Source of the DNA: a virus
Virus record (IMG/VR): IMGVR_UViG_3300032820_000003
Span: 21,064-85,063 of that record
Direction: 5' to 3' (one strand)
Length of the DNA stretch: 64,000 nucleotides
The translations under genes and the position numbers were made by a program. Under the pieces are notes generated by a model. That model did no database searches. It had not been told where the DNA came from and saw only the letters and a program-made list of their open reading frames with translations. Shown here piece by piece: positions 26,588 to 35,133 of the stretch. The number at the start of each line of letters is the position of its first letter. The stretch's first letter is position 1.

Positions 26588-26818
26588 CTATTCTAAAGCT
26601 GCTGTTAATTTCTGCGGACTAAAGCCCACAATCATTGTCTCCTTATCAATTACAGTTACTGGTGTAACTCTAAATCCCATTCGTACTAAATCATCTGCAT
26701 ACTCAGGATTTGTTGAAACATTGTATTCTGTAAAATCGTACTTCCTATCTTTTAACCACATCTTGGTCATAGCACATGGGCCTCAACCATTTGATGTAAA
26801 GACGGTTATATTCTTCAT
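26588..26818 (-). CDS. NrdH/glutaredoxin-like selenoprotein (UGPC; in-frame TGA at 26783-26785)
   Basis: AAGGAGG RBS and ATGA overlap at 26818; MKNITVFTSNG-U-GPCAMTKMWL...TPV...VGFSP is a complete 76-aa redoxin. Confidence 0.9.
26745..26785 (-). promoter_or_regulatory. Putative bacterial SECIS element
   Basis: UGACCA-AGAUG-UGGUUA stem-loop (26753-26769); loop starts 19 nt after the UGA with G at loop position 2; possible CUA/UAG lower stem. Confidence 0.7.
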
Positions 26819-26925
26819 TGCGCCTCCTTACGTTGTTTTCTCTCACAAACATAACATAGTCTGCGTTCTTTCTTCACATGTAGTTTAACACCACATTTAC
26901 ATTTTGTCCAGTTTCTTCTAGCCAT
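26815..26925 (-). CDS. 36-aa basic Zn-finger protein, not in the ORF track
   Basis: MARRNWTKCKCGVKLHVKKERRLCYVCERKQRKEAQ; GAGGTG RBS. Confidence 0.65.
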   Translation of the reverse strand: MARRNWTKCKCGVKLHVKKERRLCYVCERKQRKEAQ

Positions 26926-27025
26926 TTAACACCTCTGATACAATAGTTCCTACTAAAACTAAGACGGCGATGAGGACTGTTACTTGTATTAACAGCCCCC
27001 ATAAATCTGAGTTCTTCCAACCCAT
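26918..27025 (-). CDS. 35-aa single-TM protein, not in the ORF track
   Basis: MGWKNSDLWGLLIQVTVLIAVLVLVGTIVSEVLNG. Confidence 0.55.
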   Translation of the reverse strand: MGWKNSDLWGLLIQVTVLIAVLVLVGTIVSEVLNG

Positions 27026-27033
27026 AATACCAT

Positions 27034-28473
27034 CTACTCGTTAGTTAATGTTTCAGTAGGTGCGCCAATAGCAACTTCAACGTTGTCAGATACATTCCAA
27101 TTGGCTGCTGTCACACTTTGATGTATCTTAAATTCCTTAGTAGCAAATCCGTCTGAGGCTCCAGCATTACCACCGCCCCCTATTTCATTAAGTTTAATAG
27201 TCATAGTACCAACTTTCATTCGGTCAAATATACAAGCACCACCTTCCGTATACAAATTACTTAAAGTTAGCTTATCTATCTTACCATTTTTTGCACTTGT
27301 AGGGGCATCGATATGGATTCTATCGTACGATCCGCCTGAAGTCACCATTGCTTCAGCCTGATGATGACCTCCACCGACTGCCCTCATTCTTGAGGTTCCC
27401 GGTGTAGTATTTATTGATTGACCATCTGAAGCGTTTCCAAGTACGTTGATCGTATGCGCTGTTATATTATCAAAATACATCATCGTACATCTTGACTTTT
27501 CGATCAGTAATTCTCCTACCTCTAGGAAGGTAGGGACAGCGTTCTCTCCAGCTACTACTGTACCCCCAATCAATACTGCTGTAGCCGAAGCCGCAGTACC
27601 GCCAGCAGACGTATGTGCTGATGAAGGTATAGCTGAACCGTTATATACAGTTCCTACAGATACATTCTCTATTTTAATTTCTCTTACTGGTGTATCAGAT
27701 AGAACAATTCGTAACGTATTATCTTCTTTATTCTCTTTCCTCCACGCCATTGTTTGTTCTAATGTAGGAGATGGATGTTCAGCGGGAGCAGCATATATGC
27801 CTGAGTCTCCATTTGTGAAGCTTCTATCGGCTAAGACCGTCTCATTTACAACAACTCCAGTACCCGCAGTACCACCTACTGCTAATAAACCAATAGCCAT
27901 CTGTGGGCTTAGACCCATCATTCTCAAGAACGAATATGGAGACATCATAATTTTAAAGGTTGTCTTCCATTTCGCTGACTCAGAATTCAAATATTCAATC
28001 TTGGCTAATAGCCAATTTCTCCATACGGTAATCTTTCTATATAGAGCAATTGGTGATCTAATAACTGCCATTGGAGCAGCTTTAATTGTTTGCCACCACG
28101 CTCTGAAATTACTTACATGTAATAGTAATCCAAGTACAATTAAACCTGACGATGCAGCAACTGTATTTATTAGATTTGCTTGTAAGTAAACAACAAAATC
28201 AAAAAGCCTATTTGCTATACTAAGGGATATATAAGGGGCGAGTGCAGGGATCGGATTAATATACGAACACAGCAAACCAAAACCGCCCATTAATACTAAT
28301 AATGCCGTATTTATCGCCCCCAAAGTTGTAGCTATCCGTTTTACAGGAAGAACCAACGTTGGTAAGGTAATATGTGGCAAACTAAAACTAATCTTTGGTA
28401 ACTTAATAGTCGGCATTTTAAATTCAGGTATTGCTATAACTGATAAAATACTCTTTAAAAACCGTTGTATCAT
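27034..28473 (-). CDS. Membrane protein with a C-terminal beta-rich domain
   Basis: Several TM segments followed by a Gly/Ser/Thr-rich beta region; GAGGTGA RBS. Confidence 0.75.
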   Translation of the reverse strand: MIQRFLKSILSVIAIPEFKMPTIKLPKISFSLPHITLPTLVLPVKRIATTLGAINTALLVLMGGFGLLCSYINPIPALAPYISLSIANRLFDFVVYLQANLINTVAASSGLIVLGLLLHVSNFRAWWQTIKAAPMAVIRSPIALYRKITVWRNWLLAKIEYLNSESAKWKTTFKIMMSPYSFLRMMGLSPQMAIGLLAVGGTAGTGVVVNETVLADRSFTNGDSGIYAAPAEHPSPTLEQTMAWRKENKEDNTLRIVLSDTPVREIKIENVSVGTVYNGSAIPSSAHTSAGGTAASATAVLIGGTVVAGENAVPTFLEVGELLIEKSRCTMMYFDNITAHTINVLGNASDGQSINTTPGTSRMRAVGGGHHQAEAMVTSGGSYDRIHIDAPTSAKNGKIDKLTLSNLYTEGGACIFDRMKVGTMTIKLNEIGGGGNAGASDGFATKEFKIHQSVTAANWNVSDNVEVAIGAPTETLTNE

Positions 28474-28519
28474 GCTCTCACCTCTCTTTCAGTACTAGGA
28501 AATAATAAATTCCCTACTT

Positions 28520-28529
28520 TATTATACTA
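28520..28529 (-). promoter_or_regulatory. Putative late promoter
   Basis: TAGTATAATA in the intergenic space. Confidence 0.65.
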
Positions 28530-28541
28530 GATAACTCCGAA

Positions 28542-30431
28542 TTATGCAATTTCACAAGCACTCCAATCACAAGATAAGCACTTATGACAACCGCTTTCAT
28601 ATATAATATTTGGATTTTCACAACAATCAAACGTCATCTCTTCATTTTTAGTCCCTTTTACAAGGATTTCTTTTTCTCGACTTCCAGCCCTATAGACTGT
28701 AATTCCTTTACAATCAGTCTTCCATGCTAACATATACGTCTCATATACATCCTCAATAGTTGCATCATTTGGCATATTAATAGTTTTAGAGATTCCTGAA
28801 TCAACATGAGGTTGAAATGCTGCTTGCATTAAAACATGTTCAGCAGGAGTTAGTTCTGGAGATGTAATATAGATTCGTTTTACATCATCAGGAACATCAT
28901 CTCGATCTTGAAGACTACCCCCTTCAGCTAAAAAGTCCATTAAATCTTCTGAATAAAACTCTCGTTCTTTAGCTTCTTGCTCAAAGTATTTATTTACATA
29001 CATTAATGTTTGAGCCTCTCCTGTCTCCTCTTTTAAAATATTTTGTTTTCTCCATGCCAATGCAAACGTAGGTTCTATACCTGATGAACAGTCTGCTAAC
29101 ATAGATATAGTTCCTGTTGGAGCCACAGTCATACGACAAGCATTTCGATACGCCTCAGTTACATGATTAAATGAACTCTGTTCCCATGCAGGAAAGGTTC
29201 CTCTTTTCGCTGCAAGATCGAGGGATGCTAAATCAGCTTCTCGTGTTATATATTGTATAAGTAATCCTGCAATCTTTCTTGCATCTTCACTATTATAAGG
29301 CACTCTTAATTGTATTAATAGATCAGCAAATCCCATTATACCTACGCCAATCTTGCGAGTTGCTTTAGTCATCTGTTCAATTTCAGGAGTAGCATAATAA
29401 TTTGCATCGATAACATTATCTAAGAAATTTACAGACAGTCTTGTAACTTTAGCTAATCGTTGCCAATCAATATGTTCCTCCCATGATAATGAACTATCCT
29501 CTGATACTAAACCTGATGCATCATAACTTGCAGCTTTCTGATAAAACTTGGCAACATTAATTGATCCTAAATTACATGATTCATTTCCAAGAAGTGGCTG
29601 TTCACCACATGGATTTGTTGCAATCATTTCACCATATTGCCCTATAACTTTATTATCCCTATTAACTTGATCTAAGAAAATCATTCCGGGTTCACCGTTT
29701 CTCCATGCCCCCTCAACTATCTTATTAAAAACATATCTAGCAGAAACAGTATCGACTAAATGATTAGTATGTGGATCAATTAATCCATATGTCATATCAT
29801 ATTCAACCATTTTCATAAATCTAGAATCGACTCCGACTGAAATATTGAAGTTATGAATGTCTCCTTCAGTAGCTTTACAAGCAATGAAATCTAAAATATC
29901 GGGATGATATACTGACATTACTGCCATATTAGCACCGTCACGTTTCCCAGCTTGCGTGACCATAGAAGATACTCGTGAAAGAGTCTTTAATACTTCAATC
30001 GGGCCACAGGCTTTACCATGAGTTGTTTTAATGCTAGTTCCTGCGGGACGTAAATGAGATAATGAAAAACCTGTCCCTCCTCCAAACTTCTGAACCATTG
30101 CCATATCATGAGCAGTTTTCATAATGTCCTGCATACTATCCTCTAAAGGTAGTACAAAACATGCTGATAAAGTTCCTTGTTCAGTTCCAGCATTCATTAA
30201 AGTTGGAGAGTTTGGAACAAATTCTAATTTCTCCATTATATCTATAAATTCCTGTTTAAGTAAATCCTTTTCAACAGGTAAAGTAAGGTAGTCATCTTCG
30301 ACTTTCGCAATTGCTTCAGCCACCCGACTAAATAAATCGTTTCCATCTTCGACAGTTTCCCCTTTATTATTTTTTAAATAGTAACGATTCCTCGCCACAG
30401 TTTCAGCATGTGGTGCTAACGTAGTTGTCAT
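28542..30431 (-). CDS. nrdJ: Class II (adenosylcobalamin-dependent) ribonucleotide reductase
   Basis: PNSPTLMNAG, SACFV, GGGTG, TNPCGEQPL, CNLGS and APTGT; C-terminal Cys-rich tail; no beta-subunit gene in the window. Confidence 0.92.
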   Translation of the reverse strand: MTTTLAPHAETVARNRYYLKNNKGETVEDGNDLFSRVAEAIAKVEDDYLTLPVEKDLLKQEFIDIMEKLEFVPNSPTLMNAGTEQGTLSACFVLPLEDSMQDIMKTAHDMAMVQKFGGGTGFSLSHLRPAGTSIKTTHGKACGPIEVLKTLSRVSSMVTQAGKRDGANMAVMSVYHPDILDFIACKATEGDIHNFNISVGVDSRFMKMVEYDMTYGLIDPHTNHLVDTVSARYVFNKIVEGAWRNGEPGMIFLDQVNRDNKVIGQYGEMIATNPCGEQPLLGNESCNLGSINVAKFYQKAASYDASGLVSEDSSLSWEEHIDWQRLAKVTRLSVNFLDNVIDANYYATPEIEQMTKATRKIGVGIMGFADLLIQLRVPYNSEDARKIAGLLIQYITREADLASLDLAAKRGTFPAWEQSSFNHVTEAYRNACRMTVAPTGTISMLADCSSGIEPTFALAWRKQNILKEETGEAQTLMYVNKYFEQEAKEREFYSEDLMDFLAEGGSLQDRDDVPDDVKRIYITSPELTPAEHVLMQAAFQPHVDSGISKTINMPNDATIEDVYETYMLAWKTDCKGITVYRAGSREKEILVKGTKNEEMTFDCCENPNIIYESGCHKCLSCDWSACEIA

Positions 30432-30452
30432 ATGTATAAATCCTCCTTAAAA

Positions 30453-32141
30453 TTATCCTCGATATCCACAGTAGAGACATAAATTGTTTGCTTTAACCCA
30501 AAACGATTCGACACAGATGCTTTCTTGACAGTCAGGATTTGGAGCAGTCGCCCCAAGTTGATTCGTATCATTCCATGATAACTGAGTGTCTCCTGATTCT
30601 AAATCTTCTATTCCATCTTTTTTGCCACGTAATGTAGCTTCTATTTGTACGCTTGCCTTTGGTGCTGATTGTTCTCCGGGCGATACCGCCTCTAACCAAT
30701 CTGTAGCACTCCCTACTGTTGTATAAACATCTTGCGATAATTCATGACATGCTTGTAATGCCATTGCAACTGAGAAGAATGCGTCTCCGTGTCCCATAGG
30801 TGTTTCAGGTGCTTTCAATTCGTTACTTACAGATAAAATCTGTTGAGTTTGTCGTTCATCTTGAAGCAGTTTTAAATTCCCAGAATGTACGAACTGCTCA
30901 AATATATGAGCCATCGTATTCTTAGATTTTAATGTAAACGACATAGATCGCCATTTATGGTCTAATCCTCTATCCTCTAATTCTCCACGAGTATTATCTA
31001 CATAACCCCGTGTAATATTAAAGTTTTCTGCCACTTCGTTCAGATACTCTACTTGATCTGAATAACTCCAACCATCTAACCATGATTGGTGTATCTGCTC
31101 CACTTTATCTCCAATCTTTCTGAAAATAACGAGATGTGATGGGTGTCTCTTTTTCCCCACATCAAACCCAGCGAATATTTGTTCATCAACCGATTCTGTA
31201 TACGGTTTAGTTGTAGGTAGATTCCTCAACTCTGGGTCTTCTAAATTTTCTATATCTTCCTTATCAAAATATGATTCAGTCGAAAAATGTGGTACTAACA
31301 AAAACTCTGAAGCAAAAGACTTAGGTCTTGCTTTTTGTTGCTGTAGTAACCATTCTTCTGAGTATAACTCAGGCATTAAAACTCGCCTATTTGGGGCAGG
31401 GTCTAATGCTGGTAAGACTCTAGATTTAAATCTATCATCTTTTTGTAACTTTGTCAAGAGGTCACCCGGCATCATGGGGGTTCCTAATACAATAGTAGGT
31501 ACACCTTTTAAGGGAATGAATAAACTTTCCGTCATAAAATGGTCTTCTACTTTTGTAATCTGCCCCGTATTTAAAGGATTTTCAGGGTCACGTAAAACGT
31601 CATCTGCAATTAATGCCCCATTAACGTGCATACCTCTTTTAAAAGAAAACAATCCTCCATGCATAATTTCAATAGGTTTATTCTGTAAATAATACCTAAA
31701 TGAATAATCAGCTTTTGGAGTCCTATTTACCATCATCTCTGAAAGAATAGGATTCCTAGAGATTTCTTTATTGATTTCAGATATATGATACTTAGCCATA
31801 CCATCACTATAAGATAAATATAAGACTGACATGTCTCGTGTCGATTGTAATAATCTCCAAACACTAAAGGCATGTCCTAATATGGTTGACTTAAAATGAA
31901 ACCGTGGTAACACAGCTACATAATTTAAGCCTTCCTGTAAACATTCTTCTATATCTTCTGCTACTTGTCCAACGTGCCATGCTTGAAAATATTCTGGGTG
32001 GTCAAATCCTTGCGACCATATGTCCCTAAGAAACTCCCAAAAGCTTCCAATACGAGTTGTTGTATGTGTAGTTAAGCCGTCAGATAATAATTCAAAAGCT
32101 TTACTAAATGTTGTTACATCGTTTGATTTAACCATCTCCAT
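30453..32141 (-). CDS. terL: Terminase large subunit
   Basis: PRFHFKST Walker A variant, LIADD Walker B, GTP coupling motif, GFDVG and HGDAF nuclease motifs. Confidence 0.92.
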   Translation of the reverse strand: MEMVKSNDVTTFSKAFELLSDGLTTHTTTRIGSFWEFLRDIWSQGFDHPEYFQAWHVGQVAEDIEECLQEGLNYVAVLPRFHFKSTILGHAFSVWRLLQSTRDMSVLYLSYSDGMAKYHISEINKEISRNPILSEMMVNRTPKADYSFRYYLQNKPIEIMHGGLFSFKRGMHVNGALIADDVLRDPENPLNTGQITKVEDHFMTESLFIPLKGVPTIVLGTPMMPGDLLTKLQKDDRFKSRVLPALDPAPNRRVLMPELYSEEWLLQQQKARPKSFASEFLLVPHFSTESYFDKEDIENLEDPELRNLPTTKPYTESVDEQIFAGFDVGKKRHPSHLVIFRKIGDKVEQIHQSWLDGWSYSDQVEYLNEVAENFNITRGYVDNTRGELEDRGLDHKWRSMSFTLKSKNTMAHIFEQFVHSGNLKLLQDERQTQQILSVSNELKAPETPMGHGDAFFSVAMALQACHELSQDVYTTVGSATDWLEAVSPGEQSAPKASVQIEATLRGKKDGIEDLESGDTQLSWNDTNQLGATAPNPDCQESICVESFWVKANNLCLYCGYRG

Positions 32142-32658
32142 CCTTTTGTACTAATGTTTTTAATTTAAAAGCAACTCGTTGTAATAAATCAGGGTCTTGA
32201 ATTTCATCAATTAATACAGACATAACATCCTGTACAAATTGAAGATTAATTAAACCTTCCATTACATGCCGCTCCCCTTGAATACTTAAATCTAATGCTT
32301 TAGCGGCATCAAAAGCACGATTAAAAGTTAAAGTACCTAATTCATTTACAGCTTTATGTCGTAATGATTCATATTCATTTAAATGCTCTTCTTGTAATCT
32401 CGCATATCGCTGTGTTTCAGATTCCTGTACTTTTGTTATAGCATCAGCACGGGTGGCTAATTTTGTATCTTTCCACCCGTCTGACTTAATCCATGAATAA
32501 ACTGTTGAGGTGGCTACCTTAACATTAAATTCTTTACTTAATTCATCAGAGATTGTTTCTGCGGTATTATCCCCAGCTAAGTACAATTCTAACGCTTTAA
32601 GTTTTACCTCTTCAGGTAGTTTCTTAGGCATTACCTGATCCAAATGCGTATCCGCCAC
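32128..32658 (-). CDS. terS: Terminase small subunit
   Basis: N-terminal HTH (STVYSWIKSDGW); directly upstream of terL. Confidence 0.75.
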   Translation of the reverse strand: MADTHLDQVMPKKLPEEVKLKALELYLAGDNTAETISDELSKEFNVKVATSTVYSWIKSDGWKDTKLATRADAITKVQESETQRYARLQEEHLNEYESLRHKAVNELGTLTFNRAFDAAKALDLSIQGERHVMEGLINLQFVQDVMSVLIDEIQDPDLLQRVAFKLKTLVQKDGDG

Positions 32659-33112
32659 CGTATTTTCCTACAGCTTGCGAATCTATATTTCCTCCATATG
32701 GAGAACCATCAGCTTGCATAAGTCTAGAAAAATCTATATGACCTGTTTTACCGTTTTTTGCAGCTACATGACAATAAGGTACATCTACTTTACCGCCTGT
32801 CGTATTACGTACAGGTCTATGCCTAATTACAATTTCATCTTCTCTACCACATATTCGTGAAAAAATAGCTTCTTGCTCGTTGAGTGGTTTAAAATGTTTA
32901 TTTCCCTGAACAGTTCCTTGAGTTCTTTGATAATCAACTACTCGTTTGTTCCAAAAACAATCTTTAAATTCACACCAAACAATCTTGCCAAATTCGTTTT
33001 TCATATCTTCTTCTGTTACCCCTTCAGGTAACTTATCTTTATATTCCAGTCTTTCATGATATGATTCATTATATTGAATTCTAATCTGATCTGGGCTATT
33101 CTTGGGTTCCAT
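32624..33112 (-). CDS. Hypothetical protein with four Cys
   Basis: CEFKDCFWN...C...C; GGAGG RBS. Confidence 0.7.
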   Translation of the reverse strand: MEPKNSPDQIRIQYNESYHERLEYKDKLPEGVTEEDMKNEFGKIVWCEFKDCFWNKRVVDYQRTQGTVQGNKHFKPLNEQEAIFSRICGREDEIVIRHRPVRNTTGGKVDVPYCHVAAKNGKTGHIDFSRLMQADGSPYGGNIDSQAVGKYGGGYAFGSGNA

Positions 33113-33611
33113 TTATATCCTCCTGTTTCTTCCATAGTGCAATACAAGCAGCGTCTGCAAAGTCTTGCTCTTTAAATACTTCACCCCACTTGTCTATTGC
33201 ATACTGTTTAATTTCTTTTTTTGAACAGTTTCCTTTTCCTACTATTTGCCTTTTCCATTTTGTATTGTCAACATAACAACAATTTATGTTTAGTATATCA
33301 CACACAAAACGGACAACTCCAATTACTGAAGCAATGGAAATGGTGGCCTTGGGATTCTGGATAAAAATCGCAGATTCCACAGCAGCTAACATATCATTCC
33401 TTAATAAAAGGGTATGTTTTATTGTACTAAGTTCAGCCAAAAATTCCCTACTAAAAGATTGGAAACGGCTATCAAAATCTTTCTCTTTGCTACCCCATTT
33501 ATACTGAGCAACAATCTCTTCGTTCTGGTTAATTATTACGCCATGAATTGCTTTACTAGAACAGTCTAAACCTAAATAATATTTATTAACTATTGTTTCT
33601 TGATTCCCCAT
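33096..33611 (-). CDS. RuvC-like Holliday junction resolvase
   Basis: LGLDCS, AVES, WKRQIVGKGNCSK and QDFADAACIA. Confidence 0.88.
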   Translation of the reverse strand: MGNQETIVNKYYLGLDCSSKAIHGVIINQNEEIVAQYKWGSKEKDFDSRFQSFSREFLAELSTIKHTLLLRNDMLAAVESAIFIQNPKATISIASVIGVVRFVCDILNINCCYVDNTKWKRQIVGKGNCSKKEIKQYAIDKWGEVFKEQDFADAACIALWKKQEDINGTQE

Positions 33612-34104
33612 AAGTCCTCAAAGTTACTATTCTAGAAACTGCGTCATAGGCAGATTTATAGGCGTTTAATAAACCTCCCATTTTCTGATGTAGGGCTGAC
33701 TGTTCTATTATTTCTTGGCGTAATTCTTTTAGAGAAGGGTACTTACTAAGAGCAGCACCTCTAACTTCTTCTCTGGTTAACTTTTTCTGCCCCCCATCTT
33801 CTCGTTCTTCTGCAATTCTAAAAATGGCAGTTGCATATCCTTCATCAAAAGCAGCTTCTAAGGCTTTTCGTTTAGCTTCACAATCAGCTACTTGGGCTTC
33901 TAAATATGCTTTATATCCACCGTAAGCAATTAAAAATTCTTCTAGCTTACGATTATCATGATTCATTAAATTTGCAAACTCTAAATCGTCCCTATCAGAT
34001 AAATCTGTTTTAAACTGTGGTATATTTAATGTACGTAGTTCATTTTCTGCATTTGCTAACGCTTTAATTGGACTCCATGCTGTTTGCTTTGTTTCTATTT
34101 TCAT
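33586..34104 (-). CDS. Helical protein, possibly a UvsY-like recombination mediator
   Basis: Long coiled coil ending SRIVTLR; in the recombination cluster. Confidence 0.5.
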   Translation of the reverse strand: MKIETKQTAWSPIKALANAENELRTLNIPQFKTDLSDRDDLEFANLMNHDNRKLEEFLIAYGGYKAYLEAQVADCEAKRKALEAAFDEGYATAIFRIAEEREDGGQKKLTREEVRGAALSKYPSLKELRQEIIEQSALHQKMGGLLNAYKSAYDAVSRIVTLRTYGESRNNS

Positions 34105-34804
34105 CTTTTACCTCCCTACAAGCACAATAAAATTCACCTGTACATTCAAGAGGAACTTCATTCGGAGTCATATTCATAATACGAATACACCTCTCTAATA
34201 TTTCGTCCCATACTTTCTTGTCTTTAACTATTTTAAAGGCTTTCATATCTTGATCATTTTTATTTTCGTACACTACAATTCCATTTTTTAATCCCATTAG
34301 GTTTAAATATATCTGTAATTGTATAACGTGTTCAGGTTTGGGCTGATCGATTAAATTTTCAAACCCTCGTGCATTAATAGTTTTTAACTCTACTATTGCT
34401 CTATCTGTATCTTTATACCGTATTAAAAAGTCGTATCGTCCTGAAATAGGTGGATTATCAAACTTTAATGTTTGTTCAGCAGCTAAAAATAATCCTGCTT
34501 TTCTTAAATATTTCTCCATCCTAGTCTCAAACGCCCCACCCGTATCAAATATACGCTGTGTTTGTGGGGTTACTTCCTGTGCGGGTAATCCACCGTGATA
34601 AGCAAAATATAAATATCGATCACATCTATTCCCTAATGCAGATGGGTAAAACTTCTGAACAGCTTTCCACGGTCTAGTATAACCTAATACGCTGTCTATC
34701 TGCTTTAGAAACCACCTATCTTGATTCTTAACTCTGGGTTTAGAAGATTTCGCTCTCGGCTTCTTTTTCTTTTGTTGTTTTACAAGTTGTCTAATGCTTG
34801 CCAT
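34064..34804 (-). CDS. Cas4-like PD-(D/E)XK exonuclease
   Basis: PS..G.C, GRYD, ELKT, QLQIY and C-terminal Cys cluster. Confidence 0.85.
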   Translation of the reverse strand: MASIRQLVKQQKKKKPRAKSSKPRVKNQDRWFLKQIDSVLGYTRPWKAVQKFYPSALGNRCDRYLYFAYHGGLPAQEVTPQTQRIFDTGGAFETRMEKYLRKAGLFLAAEQTLKFDNPPISGRYDFLIRYKDTDRAIVELKTINARGFENLIDQPKPEHVIQLQIYLNLMGLKNGIVVYENKNDQDMKAFKIVKDKKVWDEILERCIRIMNMTPNEVPLECTGEFYCACREVKDENRNKANSMESN

Positions 34805-35133
34805 AAAACCTTTTTAATCTCCTCCTTATTTGTTTCCTTAATATGTAATACGTTTGTAATAGCTGGTATCTCTAATAATTCCATATCACGTTTTACATCT
34901 CGTTTTTTAAGATGCCCGTAAACCCCATCCGCTTCAATAACTAATCCAATTTCAGCAATCCAGAAATCTACTATATAATTAATAAATGAATATTGTGTGT
35001 CATATCGTAACCCACATTCATCAAGTAAATGTTGAATATGCTGCTCTTGTTGAGTATAGTCTTTAGGCCGCAAGTTCACTTTTAAGCACCTCAAACAAGT
35101 CTGGGTTCTCTGTAAATAATTTACGGACTCCAT
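34780..35133 (-). CDS. DUF559/Vsr-like endonuclease
   Basis: YIVDF...VIEADGVYGH...RD; true start probably downstream. Confidence 0.8.
   Translation of the reverse strand: MESVNYLQRTQTCLRCLKVNLRPKDYTQQEQHIQHLLDECGLRYDTQYSFINYIVDFWIAEIGLVIEADGVYGHLKKRDVKRDMELLEIPAITNVLHIKETNKEEIKKVLWQALDNL

Noticed and set aside
26588-26770. The 60-aa ORF as tracked, or a pseudogene
   Set aside because: It lacks the active site and an RBS, while the upstream ATG has AAGGAGG and translational coupling; a nonsense mutation cannot be fully excluded without homologues
26783-26785. Genome-wide TGA reassignment as the explanation for the redoxin TGA
   Set aside because: TGA ends several genes, long genes are intact under the standard code, and Trp is encoded by TGG; the readthrough is site-specific at a catalytic Cys position
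34064-34804. CRISPR-Cas system suggested by the Cas4-like gene
   Set aside because: No repeat-spacer array or other cas genes are visible; stand-alone Cas4-like nucleases are common in phage recombination modules
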